This document shows positions 18,419-28,690 of a stretch of 64,000 bases of DNA, in pieces (positions within the stretch are counted from its first letter, which is position 1; every line of letters starts with the position of its first letter). The position numbers and the translations under genes were made by a program. This DNA comes from an uncultured Candidatus Saccharibacteria bacterium (GTDB lineage Bacteria > Patescibacteriota > Minisyncoccia > UBA6257 > 02-FULL-45-10c): contig CAYHBW010000001.1 in NCBI GenBank assembly GCA_964355085.1, positions 4,693 to 68,692 of the forward strand, read 5' to 3'. The notes under the pieces are model-generated. The model saw only the letters and a list, made by a program, of their open reading frames with translations. It ran no database searches and was not told where the DNA came from.

Positions 18419-19110
18419 TATTTTTTCTTTTTAAGCAAAATGGCTTCAACTGCCTCGAAATCTTCCGGATAGTCAACATCAATGTTCTCATCTTTTTCCA
18501 TTACCAGGACATCTGCCTTGTCAGCGCCCATTTGTCTTTTAAGAGTCGTGATTTTCGTAAGGCAGATTGCCCCGTTCTCTTTCACGAGCGGCTCCTGAAA
18601 CTGGCTGTTTCTTTCAGTCGTTGGATAAAATCTCACCCAACCGCCGATCGCTTCTTTCCAGTAATGGCCTTTGTCGTAAATACCGCTGAAAACAGTGTCG
18701 GAATCCCGATCAAGCGCGAGATCGATCGCCTGTTCAATCCTCTCCGCTTTCAAAAGCGGAGAAGTCGTATAAACGAGTAGCACATAATCCGGAACATATC
18801 CCTGTTTTTCCAGCTCTCCGAGGGCGTGCTTAACCACCGCATAAGTCGTCACTTCGTCTGATGTCAAATCAGCCGGTCTTTTAAATGGGACATCGGCGCC
18901 GTATTTTCTGGCGATCTTCGCAACCTTGTCGGATTCCGTAGAAACCACGATCCGATCCAAACGCCCCACTCCTTTCAGCGTCTCCAAAATGTAAGCCATC
19001 ATCGGCTTGCCGGCCAGATCCCGGGTGTTTTTATTCGGAACCCGCTTGGAATGTTCCTTTATCGGAACAAGGGCTAATATCTTTTTTCCCGGTTTTTTAT
19101 TATTTTTCAT
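18418..19110 (-). CDS. acylneuraminate / nonulosonate cytidylyltransferase (CMP-sugar synthetase, CTP_transf_3 family; NeuA/PseF/LegF-like)
   Basis: The N-terminus ILALVPIKEHSKRVPNKNTRDLAGKPMMAYILETL matches the cytidylyltransferase P-loop-like motif (IPAR.GSKG.P.KN...L.GKPLI.Y). 230 aa. Confidence 0.7.
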   Translation of the reverse strand: MKNNKKPGKKILALVPIKEHSKRVPNKNTRDLAGKPMMAYILETLKGVGRLDRIVVSTESDKVAKIARKYGADVPFKRPADLTSDEVTTYAVVKHALGELEKQGYVPDYVLLVYTTSPLLKAERIEQAIDLALDRDSDTVFSGIYDKGHYWKEAIGGWVRFYPTTERNSQFQEPLVKENGAICLTKITTLKRQMGADKADVLVMEKDENIDVDYPEDFEAVEAILLKKKK

Positions 19111-20122
19111 ATTTATATTTTTTAATCATATCGATGATATTTCCAGTGGCATGAGGCACTGTCATATCGAAGGATTTCCTTGATTCTGGAAATATTCCGC
19201 TGGAATATTTTTTAAATAGGTCCCGAAGCTCGCTTTCCCCGGTTGCCAGCTGACCGAGACCGAATTCTCCAACCACTGAAAAGTCTTTTGATTTCAAATT
19301 CGGCTGATAGCTTATCACCCGCTTCCCGGCGATAGCCGCCTGGAAAAGCACCACGGAAGTCATCCCTATGACGAGACCGGCTCTTGAAAGCAATTCCTCG
19401 ATTGAGGTCTCATCATCCACTCGAATTCCGGAATCAACATACCTGTCAAATTTTTCAGATTTTTCACTTGGATGCGGTCTAATTATAACCTTGAAATCAG
19501 AGGGAAAGTTACCCGACTTAAGCACTCTTAAAATTCCTTCAATTACCGTAAATTCGTCGTATCCGGATTTTTCTTTTACGCTTACCGGCGTAGATATGAA
19601 CAAGATCAGGGTAGGGTCGCCTTTCTTGATTTTGCGGAAGTGATCGAAGTGCGGATTGCCGGTAATTTTTATGATTTTCGGATCAAATCCCTCCGCCACC
19701 ATCTCTTTTTTCGCCTTTTGATCCATGACGCAGATCATATCCGGCAGATACCGGAAATCCTTCTTTTCGGAAGAAAATCTTTGCCAATAATTCGCCCAAT
19801 AATCTAAAATATAGATAGTTTTTGCCCCATTTTTTTTAAGAGTATCCAATATTTTTTTATCAAAAGTAAGGCCGGCGCTTGTTCCGCCTATGAAGAAATC
19901 CGGGTTGAAATCATAAATCAGATCCTTCAGATCACGAAATGATAACAAGTCCGCATTTATGAATTTTATTTTCTTTTTTTTGAAAATCTCCTTGGACGGG
20001 CCTCCGATCAGTAATAACGCGGAAAATTTCTTATCCCTGGAAACCCTCTCCGCAACCGGAAAAACGGCGTTTCCGCCGCCAATATCAAAAGCGCTGAACA
20101 ATATTTTTTTCTTGTCCGTCAT
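19100..20122 (-). CDS. GT-B-fold protein, possibly PseG-like UDP-sugar hydrolase or TagF-like transferase
   Basis: 340 aa. N-terminal Rossmann-like ILFSAFDIGGGN and C-terminal RPHP...VIGMTSVVLFQAAIAGKRVISY resemble MurG/PseG/TagF C-domains. The position next to the CMP-sugar synthetase and an aminotransferase fits PseG. Confidence 0.35.
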   Translation of the reverse strand: MTDKKKILFSAFDIGGGNAVFPVAERVSRDKKFSALLLIGGPSKEIFKKKKIKFINADLLSFRDLKDLIYDFNPDFFIGGTSAGLTFDKKILDTLKKNGAKTIYILDYWANYWQRFSSEKKDFRYLPDMICVMDQKAKKEMVAEGFDPKIIKITGNPHFDHFRKIKKGDPTLILFISTPVSVKEKSGYDEFTVIEGILRVLKSGNFPSDFKVIIRPHPSEKSEKFDRYVDSGIRVDDETSIEELLSRAGLVIGMTSVVLFQAAIAGKRVISYQPNLKSKDFSVVGEFGLGQLATGESELRDLFKKYSSGIFPESRKSFDMTVPHATGNIIDMIKKYKYEK

Positions 20123-20126
20123 TTTC

Positions 20127-21407
20127 TTATTTTACCAGCTCCGCCTTATTCGCCAAAACCTTCCTGACGGCTGTCACGAACAGATCAATTTCCTTTTTCG
20201 TCCTGGGATATTGGCAGACGGAATTCACCGTGACTTCTTTTTCGTACATCCGCTCGACGACCGGACAAATCCCCTTGGAATAATCGGCCTTCCCGGAATA
20301 ATGGCTTCCCTCAAACGGAAATTTAGTGTTATTGAACGCCTTTTTATCCTGAAATACCTTCAATAAATAGATTGGCTTCACATAACCGGCTGACATTCCG
20401 AATCCTTCCGCTGCCATGGCTTTCACGAACATATCCCTGGAAATTCCCAGCTTCTTCTCGTTTATCTTTATCGGATGGCCGTAATAGACGTGAAAATAAT
20501 CTTTTCCGACATAGGGCAATTCCAAGCCGTCTATGCCGGAAAGTTTTTTGTTGAGATGCTTTACTAATTCAATTCTTTTCCTGTTTAAAAAATCGAGTTT
20601 TTTCAATTGTCCATAAGCTATCGCCGCCTCGATTTCCGTCATACGATAATTGCTTCCGATTATCGGTCCGAGAGAATAATCCGGATCCTGATCCGCATAA
20701 ACCTCGCCATGATTCCTGCACATCTGCGCCCGTAATGCGTAATCCGGATTATTGGTAACCAAAACACCTCCTTCTCCGGATTGAATCACTTTATGGACGT
20801 TAAAGCTGAATATGCCGATATCGCCGATGGTTCCGGCAAATCTCCCCTTATATTTCGCGCCCGGTCCCTGGGCGTTATCTTCTATGATTTTTAAATCGTG
20901 TTCTTTGGCGATTTTCAATAACTCATCGAAATCCGAAGGGCCGCCGAAAATATTCACCGCCATTATCGCCTTGGTCCGCGGAGTCACGCATTTTCTTACG
21001 GAAACAGGGTCGATGCAGAAAGTTTTTTCATCTATGTCAGCAAAAACCGGAACTGCGCCGTTCATCAGAATCGCAGTCGCAGAAGCCGCCATCGTATAAG
21101 GAGATACGATGACCTCATCGCCTGGCCCTATGCCTAAAGCCACGATCGAAGCATGCAGAGCGGTGGTGGCGGAATTGAAAGAAACCGCGTATTTAACTCC
21201 GAATTTTTTACAGAATGACAATTCCAATCTCTTGACGTGCCTGCCTCCCAAAAAATACTTACCTTTGACACCGACAAAGTCCGAAAGCGGGCCTTTTTTC
21301 AGAAGCTTATTTACTGCGGAAATTTCTTCCTTCCCTATGTTATAAACCGGGGGCAGAGGATTTTTCAAAACCGGCTTCCCGCCGTTTATGGCCAGTATTT
21401 TTTTCAT
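20127..21407 (-). CDS. DegT/DnrJ/EryC1/StrS-family PLP-dependent sugar aminotransferase
   Basis: 426 aa. Contains GDEVIVSPYTMAASATAIL and FSFNVHKVIQSGEGGVLV, with a lysine in the expected PLP-binding position. Confidence 0.8.
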   Translation of the reverse strand: MKKILAINGGKPVLKNPLPPVYNIGKEEISAVNKLLKKGPLSDFVGVKGKYFLGGRHVKRLELSFCKKFGVKYAVSFNSATTALHASIVALGIGPGDEVIVSPYTMAASATAILMNGAVPVFADIDEKTFCIDPVSVRKCVTPRTKAIMAVNIFGGPSDFDELLKIAKEHDLKIIEDNAQGPGAKYKGRFAGTIGDIGIFSFNVHKVIQSGEGGVLVTNNPDYALRAQMCRNHGEVYADQDPDYSLGPIIGSNYRMTEIEAAIAYGQLKKLDFLNRKRIELVKHLNKKLSGIDGLELPYVGKDYFHVYYGHPIKINEKKLGISRDMFVKAMAAEGFGMSAGYVKPIYLLKVFQDKKAFNNTKFPFEGSHYSGKADYSKGICPVVERMYEKEVTVNSVCQYPRTKKEIDLFVTAVRKVLANKAELVK

Positions 21408-22750
21408 TTTTCCAGAATAATATCTAATATTCTCTTTGTCGAGTCTTTATCATTGACTCCAGCGTCTGATTTTTTACCTGAAAAATCGAAATCTTCCAGG
21501 CAAGCAGTAAATTCTTCGGATGATGAAACAATGGATGTCGCCGGCCTTTCGGAAATGACTTTCAACACTTCTTCTCCGTAAACTTTTTTCAATACTCCCC
21601 CTCCCAGTCCCGATCCGTCATATCCGAGAAAAACAGCTTGTCTCCCTCTAAGCGGAGCTAAAAATAACTCGGAGCTTAAAGTGCCTGTAATCAAATCCGC
21701 CCCATATGCGAGCTTATTTATATCATAGGAAGTCGGAATAATTTTAAGTTCCATATTGGAATTTTTTTCGTATTTAGCAAAAATATTCTTATAACCGTCA
21801 GGTTGCGGATCGCGCGGGTGCGCCTTTAAAGCTACTACGACTTTTTTCCCGCCATTGCCATGATTATCTAAAAATTTTTCTACGGCGCGGAGGGAAATAT
21901 CGAAAGCTGATTGCTCCATTTGAGGATCAGCGCCTACGCCCTGAAACGCCGAGGCGATTGTCGTAAGATGGGCTACGACCAATGCATTGCTGTCAATCTC
22001 AAAATCTTTCCGAAATTGATCTTTATAAAAATCGGCCCTATCTAGTCCCAAAAACTGCGCATCAAATACGCCTGTCGTATAAATACGATCCTTGCTGAAT
22101 TCGGGAAGATATCGGGTTATCAAGCTTTTCGCAAGTTCGTCTTCACAGAAAATTCCATCGATTTTTCCCATATTCCCTTTATTCTCACCGAAGGCGGATC
22201 CCATAGCTCCCCAACCGTCGAAAACAAGGAATATCTTGGGTTTGCTTGAAATGCTTAAGCCGCCGTAAAGTGGAACGCTCTCGGGTCCGTTAAGACCATT
22301 TCCTGTCGTCAAAATAATATCGAAGGGGTTTTCCTCTGCTATAACAAGCAAATCTTGAAGCAATGAATCATTTCCTTTTACTTGTCCGAAGCTATTTCCA
22401 AATTCAGCAACAAAAGATTTGTCGGCTATCCCGGCAACTAAAACCCCTATGGCGCTGCATTTTTTACTCTTCATCAATTCTAATATTATCGGACGGATGA
22501 CATTGTAAGCGCCCGGATCTTCAGCCGTAAGCAATATCCTTTTTGCATCAGAATCATGATCTATTTTTTCCAGAGAAAATAATTTAGTCTCGAACTGTTC
22601 AAGCGTCCGCTCTATAGATGCATCGCCGATAGCGTCAGCGTTCTCACCAGTGGCTATCGCATCAACAACTCTCCGGTCATCGCTTATCGGGATGATTTCT
22701 GCCGCATGCTTTTTAATAAATTTTATTTTTTGATCGCGCGGATTTTCCAT
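21404..22750 (-). CDS. hypothetical protein (possible GT-B-like / nucleotide-sugar-binding fold)
   Basis: 448 aa with no recognisable catalytic motif. Translationally coupled on both sides within the glycan operon. Confidence 0.3.
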   Translation of the reverse strand: MENPRDQKIKFIKKHAAEIIPISDDRRVVDAIATGENADAIGDASIERTLEQFETKLFSLEKIDHDSDAKRILLTAEDPGAYNVIRPIILELMKSKKCSAIGVLVAGIADKSFVAEFGNSFGQVKGNDSLLQDLLVIAEENPFDIILTTGNGLNGPESVPLYGGLSISSKPKIFLVFDGWGAMGSAFGENKGNMGKIDGIFCEDELAKSLITRYLPEFSKDRIYTTGVFDAQFLGLDRADFYKDQFRKDFEIDSNALVVAHLTTIASAFQGVGADPQMEQSAFDISLRAVEKFLDNHGNGGKKVVVALKAHPRDPQPDGYKNIFAKYEKNSNMELKIIPTSYDINKLAYGADLITGTLSSELFLAPLRGRQAVFLGYDGSGLGGGVLKKVYGEEVLKVISERPATSIVSSSEEFTACLEDFDFSGKKSDAGVNDKDSTKRILDIILEK

Positions 22751-22752
22751 TT

Positions 22753-23754
22753 TTATTTTGAAGATTTCACTATCATATCAGCAACTTTTAAGGATCGGAG
22801 CGCATCCCGTCCGGAACATTTATTCTTTCTGTTATCTCCTGACGCAATGCAGGAATAAATAGCATCATAAATCGGATAATGGCCGATTTTAGTATTGATC
22901 AAATTTTCTCCGCCGTGAACCTCGCGCAAAACGCCTCTCTTGCCATCTTGACGCATATAAATCCTGGATTTATCTCCGGTTATTATAATTCTGCCAAGTT
23001 CCCCCAATATTTCCAACTCAAAAATTCCATAAAATTCACTGCTTAGACCATGAAGATAACCGCCAGTTCCATTCTTAAATTGAACCGCGGCGCTGACCGT
23101 CGTATCGGGAAATGTCATTTTTTGCCCGGCTGCTTTTACCGCTTCCGCAGATTTTACTTCTCCAAGCATTCTTATCAACAAATCAAGGGCGTGCGTCCCG
23201 TTATTTATAATTCCACGGACATATTTGACATCAAAGCTTTGGATTTTTCCTAAAAATCCGTTCCGGATTTTTTCTACCAACTCCGAATAGGACGGATTGA
23301 ACGCGCGCGTATAATTCACATACAATTCGCAATTATTTTTCTCCGCCTTTTTCACCAACTTTACGGCCTCCTTCAGCGAATAAGAAATCGGCTTCTCGCA
23401 TAAAATATTTTTGACACCCGAATCTATCGCCCGATCGCAGATCTCGTAATGACTGTCTGTATTACTTGCCACCACCAGCAAATCCGGCCTCTCGCTCGCA
23501 ATCAATGCTTCCCAATTTTCATACATTTTCGGATCCAATCCGGACTTTTTCGCATGACTTGAAAACTCCTTGCGTGCTTGAGCATTCTTGTCTTGCGCGG
23601 CGGCCAGATGAAAATTCGGATGCTTGCTTAAAACTCTGAAGTGCGTCGGGAAATCATCGCTTGCGCTGACAAGCGGATCTTTTTCATACGCCCAGGCGAT
23701 CTTCCCTAGGCCGATCATCGCGACTTTCAATTTTTTATCATTCTTCATAATCAT
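22753..23754 (-). CDS. Gfo/Idh/MocA-family NAD(P)-dependent oxidoreductase
   Basis: KVAMIGLGKIAWAYEK Rossmann motif with a characteristic EKP (ILCEKPIS) block. The track ORF begins at 23787, but the internal ATG (MIMKNDKK) is the more likely start. Confidence 0.75.
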   Translation of the reverse strand: MIMKNDKKLKVAMIGLGKIAWAYEKDPLVSASDDFPTHFRVLSKHPNFHLAAAQDKNAQARKEFSSHAKKSGLDPKMYENWEALIASERPDLLVVASNTDSHYEICDRAIDSGVKNILCEKPISYSLKEAVKLVKKAEKNNCELYVNYTRAFNPSYSELVEKIRNGFLGKIQSFDVKYVRGIINNGTHALDLLIRMLGEVKSAEAVKAAGQKMTFPDTTVSAAVQFKNGTGGYLHGLSSEFYGIFELEILGELGRIIITGDKSRIYMRQDGKRGVLREVHGGENLINTKIGHYPIYDAIYSCIASGDNRKNKCSGRDALRSLKVADMIVKSSK

Positions 23755-23761
23755 TGATAAA

Positions 23762-24400
23762 TTACCAGCGATAGGTTTTATTTGCAATTTGTCTCACCCC
23801 CTTCCTCTCTATGCGGATGCGTTCGATCGCAAAATCACCGCCGTAAGCCATGCTGATTTCCCTGCGCCAGCGACCAGGATTCATCCTGATAAGGACTGAT
23901 TCCGCGGATACGAGTTTCAAGCGCCTGTCGGATAATTTCCTTCGGAGAAGAATCAACTCCGGGGAATGCGCTATCATCGCCCGGATACGTGGAACATGAT
24001 ACTTATTGGAAACAACCAGGATATCTTCATTATTTTTCCCAATCGAGAATAACTTGCTGATAAACTTAAGCTGCTCGAAAGTGCTGTTTGCATTGCGATC
24101 CCTGGAAATGGCCGTCTTCGGAACTCCGAGTCCGATCAGCTCATCCGCCATTATATCCGAAATCACCGGATGATCAGGATATTCGACAACCCCTCTGCCG
24201 ACGCCTCCGGAAACCAGAATCTTAGGAACAACGCCTTCTCCTGAAAGTTTTTTATACAGCTCGACTCCGGCGAAAATCCTGTACCGGTCGCCGAGACTCC
24301 GCGAGAAATCTTTTTCAAAAAAAGTGGTTGTTCTCCATTTGCCTCCAATTTTGACAAGGCCGCCGCCCAATATGACTATCGACAGGTTTTTCTTCTTCAT
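23762..24400 (-). CDS. DUF218 / YdcF-SanA-ElyC family protein
   Basis: 212 aa with IVILGGG, ILVSGG and NKYHVPRIRAM motifs typical of DUF218. Confidence 0.55.
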   Translation of the reverse strand: MKKKNLSIVILGGGLVKIGGKWRTTTFFEKDFSRSLGDRYRIFAGVELYKKLSGEGVVPKILVSGGVGRGVVEYPDHPVISDIMADELIGLGVPKTAISRDRNANSTFEQLKFISKLFSIGKNNEDILVVSNKYHVPRIRAMIAHSPELILLRRKLSDRRLKLVSAESVLIRMNPGRWRREISMAYGGDFAIERIRIERKGVRQIANKTYRW

Positions 24401-26397
24401 GCCTTTTTCGCGATTATGGAAAGATTAAATGCAAATTGAGCCGGTCTGGCGGCTTTATCCCGCAACAGACTGGTTTCATCGATTTCACCGGCGGAATACA
24501 GGACTCTCAAAAAATATGTCCCGCCAAGTCTGGCATAGTGGATCATCGGAAGAGCGGCGAGATCTGCTGGATTGTTTTTCAATAAAACAGACTTCTTCGA
24601 ATCCCCGATTTCGAGACAACCGGTGGTATTCCCCAATATATTCTGGGCGGTCACAAGAAGCGAAACCGGTCTGACGTCAATCAGGTCTACATTCTTGAGA
24701 TGGAAAGTCTCCGGATTCATTCCTCCGTTATGGCAGCGGAAAAACAGTGTTTCCAAATCGAAGGCCTCCGGGTTGAAAGTCATGATTCCCGTCCTAAAAG
24801 AAGTAGCGCCGTATTTATCGAAAGAGAAATCCAGCTTGAGATCGACACGGGATTCCTTATCATACGCAGTCACAGTTTTTTTAACACTCCCCCATCCCAT
24901 CCCCACCTTGCCTTCGATCGCCGAAAAGTCCGGCTTCTTCAAGCCGCCAACCTCGGTAGGATTGAGATCGGTAATTTTAGGCATGAACGGCGCCTCAATG
25001 ATCGTATGGCCGGTATAAAAATCGGCTCCGAATGATATTTTTTCATAATAACCGTGGGGCAATATCTTAATCAGCGGCTCCGCGGAAATTTTCTTGAATA
25101 TCAAGCGATCGATGGTAATCCCCCGACGCCTGTTCAGGGTCAGATTGACGGACTTTGTATCTATATTGACGGTTCTGCCGGCGGAAACAGGATGGAAATT
25201 TTTCAGATTGTCATCCGCAGTTATGGCAGGTTTTGGCGATCCGATGATTGATTCGAGTACGGATGAAATCCGATTCAGCTCTTTTTTGAATCCGGTATAT
25301 TTATTTTTTTCAGTATGAGTCCGGAAATCGCTCCCCCACAACATACAGAGAATCTTCCAAAATTCCATATCGTTATTTTTTTCATATAATTCCTTTTTCC
25401 TCCGCAATGATCCGTCTTCGCCGATGATTTTCAATTTGGAAAATATCCCGTAACATGCGGAATTGGAACCGATATCGTCCCGGCCGGTCAGCGCCCAGCG
25501 GACGATATTGTATTTTTCCTGCTTCTTGACGACTATCGGATGCTGCGCCGACTCCAAATTAAGGATTTTTGACGGTTTGACCGATAAAAGTTGCCCCGGA
25601 AGCGCAAATGACGAATTTTTATTCCGCGAAATCATCTTATAAATATCTTCAACGCGTTGCCATTCGCTCTTATCCATTTCCGCTTCAGTAAAATATCGTC
25701 CTGGTCGGAAATCAAAAATTTCCGCATCGCTTCCGTAAAGCGCGAAAAATCCGCCGGCGCCGGCCTTGATATGCGATTCCAGATATTCGGAATATTCTCC
25801 AAGATCGATTTCATCATGGACATAGCGTTGGAATTTCTGAAACGCGATGGATTTGTTCCAGATTACGCGGATGCGGTTCCCGAAATCATCGGCGATTGTC
25901 TGTGGAAAATATTTCCAGGAACGGTCCCATTCCGGATGCTGCTGGTAAGCATTATCCCACTCCGCAACCACCGCCTCATATCCGGCTTCCAAATAAATTT
26001 TTACGAGGCCTTTTGAATACGCATTCTCGTTGATGAATGCGATCTTGGGGACGGAGCCGAGAATTTTTCCATAAACTTCATTGCCTATGGACAGATTCTT
26101 TGCGTTGACCTCCGCCGGAACCAACGGCCCGACGATCTGGGAATATCCGCTCCCGATGAATTCGCAGGAGCCGTCTTTCAAAAGCTTCCGGAATTCGACC
26201 ATCCACCCTGGATCAAGTTCTTGTATTTTTTCGATCGTATAACCGGTTGCTTCAATGGCGATTGCGCCTTTGAATTTTTTCGCCAATCTCAACAACGGCC
26301 AATAACAGCGTACAATGACCGCCGACATCTGATTTTCCGGTATGGAGGAAAATGCGAGATTCAAATGGAAAATGCTGTAAAATTTAAGCTTTTTCAT
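24397..26397 (-). CDS. glycoside hydrolase family 57-like protein (GH57 / (beta/alpha)7-barrel polysaccharide-processing enzyme)
   Basis: 666 aa. N-terminal FHLNLAFSSIP...GSCEFIGSGYSQIVGPLVP resembles the GH57 region (fHlHqP ... rvElig.pyyHpilPL). The remainder is unassigned. Confidence 0.35.
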   Translation of the reverse strand: MKKLKFYSIFHLNLAFSSIPENQMSAVIVRCYWPLLRLAKKFKGAIAIEATGYTIEKIQELDPGWMVEFRKLLKDGSCEFIGSGYSQIVGPLVPAEVNAKNLSIGNEVYGKILGSVPKIAFINENAYSKGLVKIYLEAGYEAVVAEWDNAYQQHPEWDRSWKYFPQTIADDFGNRIRVIWNKSIAFQKFQRYVHDEIDLGEYSEYLESHIKAGAGGFFALYGSDAEIFDFRPGRYFTEAEMDKSEWQRVEDIYKMISRNKNSSFALPGQLLSVKPSKILNLESAQHPIVVKKQEKYNIVRWALTGRDDIGSNSACYGIFSKLKIIGEDGSLRRKKELYEKNNDMEFWKILCMLWGSDFRTHTEKNKYTGFKKELNRISSVLESIIGSPKPAITADDNLKNFHPVSAGRTVNIDTKSVNLTLNRRRGITIDRLIFKKISAEPLIKILPHGYYEKISFGADFYTGHTIIEAPFMPKITDLNPTEVGGLKKPDFSAIEGKVGMGWGSVKKTVTAYDKESRVDLKLDFSFDKYGATSFRTGIMTFNPEAFDLETLFFRCHNGGMNPETFHLKNVDLIDVRPVSLLVTAQNILGNTTGCLEIGDSKKSVLLKNNPADLAALPMIHYARLGGTYFLRVLYSAGEIDETSLLRDKAARPAQFAFNLSIIAKKA

Positions 26398-27079
26398 CTG
26401 ATAATGGCCAACGATTTATTGCATAGGCCGGATCAAAATCAATGACGCCGCCGGATACGGCCGCAGAACCGCCTTCGGAAAGCCATAAAATAAAGCTGGC
26501 GACGTCTTCCGGATGAATCAACCTCCCGGATGGGATTTTATCCCTAACAGAATCAAGTAATTGCGGGCTGGTTTTCGTGGTTTTCATAAGTCCGCGCAAA
26601 TGACCGAGCCGGATGGCATTTGCAGAAATTCCATACCGCCCCCACTCAACCGCCAATTCCCGCGTCAAACCCTCCAATCCGGCCTTGGATGCCGCATAAA
26701 GCGCGCGTTTCGGATACGGATGAGTTGCCATTATTGAAGAAATAACCACGAACGTCGACCGGCCCGCCGCCTTCATTCCGGGAAATGCCGCTTTGGCAAA
26801 TAAAAAAGCCCCTTTCAAATTAACGCCTAAAACTTCATCCCACTCTTTTTCCGAAACCGCTTCCGTATTTTTTATCAGATTGATTCCGGCGAGATAGACC
26901 GCAAGATCTATTTTTTTCGGCAAAGATCCGTATGACTCCGCCCGCGTCGCATCCGGATGATCCGCCCCCAACCAAATCGGATCGATCTCGTAACCGTTTT
27001 TGGATAATATTTTACAGACGGCTCGGCCGAGATTCCCGGTCGCGCCTATCACCACTGCTGTTTTTTTATGTTTTTTCAT
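26384..27079 (-). CDS. SDR-family short-chain dehydrogenase/reductase
   Basis: TAVVIGATGNLGRAV (TGxxxGxG) and YAASKAGLEGL (YxxxK). The track ORF extends to 27367 across the upstream gene, but the ATG at 27079 (MKKHKKTAVVIGATG) is the plausible start. Confidence 0.75.
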   Translation of the reverse strand: MKKHKKTAVVIGATGNLGRAVCKILSKNGYEIDPIWLGADHPDATRAESYGSLPKKIDLAVYLAGINLIKNTEAVSEKEWDEVLGVNLKGAFLFAKAAFPGMKAAGRSTFVVISSIMATHPYPKRALYAASKAGLEGLTRELAVEWGRYGISANAIRLGHLRGLMKTTKTSPQLLDSVRDKIPSGRLIHPEDVASFILWLSEGGSAAVSGGVIDFDPAYAINRWPLSDEKA

Positions 27080-27092
27080 GCTTTTCTTAAAT

Positions 27093-27836
27093 TTATTCCA
27101 ACCACTTGAAATCAGGGTCCGTATTCCATATATACACGCGCTCATTCCCAGCCAGCATCCACAGATAATACAACTCATGGCCGGGCGGATTGGCAACCGG
27201 ATGATATCCGCTCGGAATGAAAACACAATCCTTATCTTTGACGGCATAACATTGATCCGTCTTGCGGTCAGCTGAATATATCCGCTGGATGCCGAATCCC
27301 TTTTCCGGCCTGATTCTGAAAAAATAAATCTCCTCCAAAGGGACTTCCTTGCCGGGAACATATTCATCGTGCTTATGTGGCGGGAAAGATGACCAATTCC
27401 CCGGCAGATTGATTGTTTCGCCGACAGCTATCCGTTGCGTTTTTGTTTCAATATTCAGGATGTTGGAAACCTTCCTTTTATATCCCTCTTTTCCGCGCCA
27501 TTCTTCCTTCACATCAGCCGCCGGCACAAAAACCGGAACATTGTCCTCGTCCGCCCTGGCTTTGCAGACCGCCACCATGGTCGGAAGCGAAGCAGTAATG
27601 GAAACCGGACATTTCGGCGGAATATAAACAGCTGACGGAGGAGAGTCGAATACATTTTTTCGTTTCATTTCCACGGTTCCGATCCCGGACGCATCCAGGG
27701 AACAGCCGCCTTCTATGATCACAAAAACCGCCTCAAATTCATCGGAGATCCATGTCTTCTTTCCGCCGGCTTCCAGCTCCAGAAGTTCGAAGTCCAGAAT
27801 CGCCATCCGATTTTTTGTAAGCTCGTTTATTTTCAT
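27093..27836 (-). CDS. cupin-fold sugar isomerase, KduI/IolB-like (5-deoxy-glucuronate isomerase family)
   Basis: 247 aa. Double-cupin-like with a HKHDE...YYLWM block. Family assignment is tentative. Confidence 0.4.
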   Translation of the reverse strand: MKINELTKNRMAILDFELLELEAGGKKTWISDEFEAVFVIIEGGCSLDASGIGTVEMKRKNVFDSPPSAVYIPPKCPVSITASLPTMVAVCKARADEDNVPVFVPAADVKEEWRGKEGYKRKVSNILNIETKTQRIAVGETINLPGNWSSFPPHKHDEYVPGKEVPLEEIYFFRIRPEKGFGIQRIYSADRKTDQCYAVKDKDCVFIPSGYHPVANPPGHELYYLWMLAGNERVYIWNTDPDFKWLE

Positions 27837-27851
27837 TCCATTTATATTTAA

Positions 27852-28679
27852 TTATGCGGATTTTTTCGCCCAAACGACTATGCTATCGCCAATTCCAGTT
27901 TTTTTAGCCAAAAAATCAAGCGCTGACTTTATTCTCGGAGAAATGCCGCCGCTGGTATTTCCGCTTCCGAATCTCACCCAGCTGACAACATGAAAACCGG
28001 AACGCCTCAAGGCGTAAAATAATGATTTCCGACTGAAAAGATAGATATGTTGAGGCGGATTATAGTGCCGCCATTTCGGACCGAAATAGTCGGATATGAA
28101 TCCGCGACATGGAGTTTCAATTACCAAATTGCCGTCTTTTTCAAGCAGCTGATTGACTTTTTTAAGCGCGGCGGCGGGATTGGTGAAATGTTCCAACACA
28201 TCCCATAAGGTTATCATGTTGAATTTACCTTCCAATGAAAATAAATCCTCCGAGCTGGCGTCCAGCCCTTTTTCCCTGGCTCGCGCGACCATTTCAGCGG
28301 ACACATCAACGCCCTTGGCGCTGATTCCGCGGCTTTTCAGATATTCCAAAAAAATTCCCGTGGCACAGCCGATATCCAATGCCTTTTTAATCCCGGCTGG
28401 ACTGAACCCGAGATCAGAAAAATCAAGGTCAAAGGTGTTGAAGCAATCTTCTTTTGACTCCTCCCTGGTTTTGATGTAAATTCCGCCTTCGGACTCGTAT
28501 TTTCCATAAAAATCCCGCAAAAAATCCTGGCTGGGAACCGGATTCAAAATGCTCGTTCCGCATCCGGAACATACGGCATATTCATAGCCGTTTTTTCCGA
28601 TATCGAATCTGAATTTGCGCGAACCGCAAATCCCGCACCCGGCGGTAAAATCTGATGTATTCTTTTTAAATCTGAACAT
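27852..28679 (-). CDS. class I SAM-dependent methyltransferase with N-terminal C4 zinc ribbon
   Basis: CGICGSRKF...CSGCG zinc ribbon, then LDIGCATGIFLEYLKSRG (motif I) and ITLWDVLEH (motif II-like). Confidence 0.75.
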   Translation of the reverse strand: MFRFKKNTSDFTAGCGICGSRKFRFDIGKNGYEYAVCSGCGTSILNPVPSQDFLRDFYGKYESEGGIYIKTREESKEDCFNTFDLDFSDLGFSPAGIKKALDIGCATGIFLEYLKSRGISAKGVDVSAEMVARAREKGLDASSEDLFSLEGKFNMITLWDVLEHFTNPAAALKKVNQLLEKDGNLVIETPCRGFISDYFGPKWRHYNPPQHIYLFSRKSLFYALRRSGFHVVSWVRFGSGNTSGGISPRIKSALDFLAKKTGIGDSIVVWAKKSA

Positions 28680-28690
28680 AATTTCTCTGT

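Noticed and set aside
27080-27367. A 96-codon N-terminal extension of the SDR ORF in the track (start 27367), overlapping the cupin gene.
   Set aside because: The Rossmann motif begins right after an internal ATG (27079, MKKHKKTAVVIGATG). The extension overlaps a well-supported upstream gene in another frame, so it is a read-through of the ORF caller and not a fusion.
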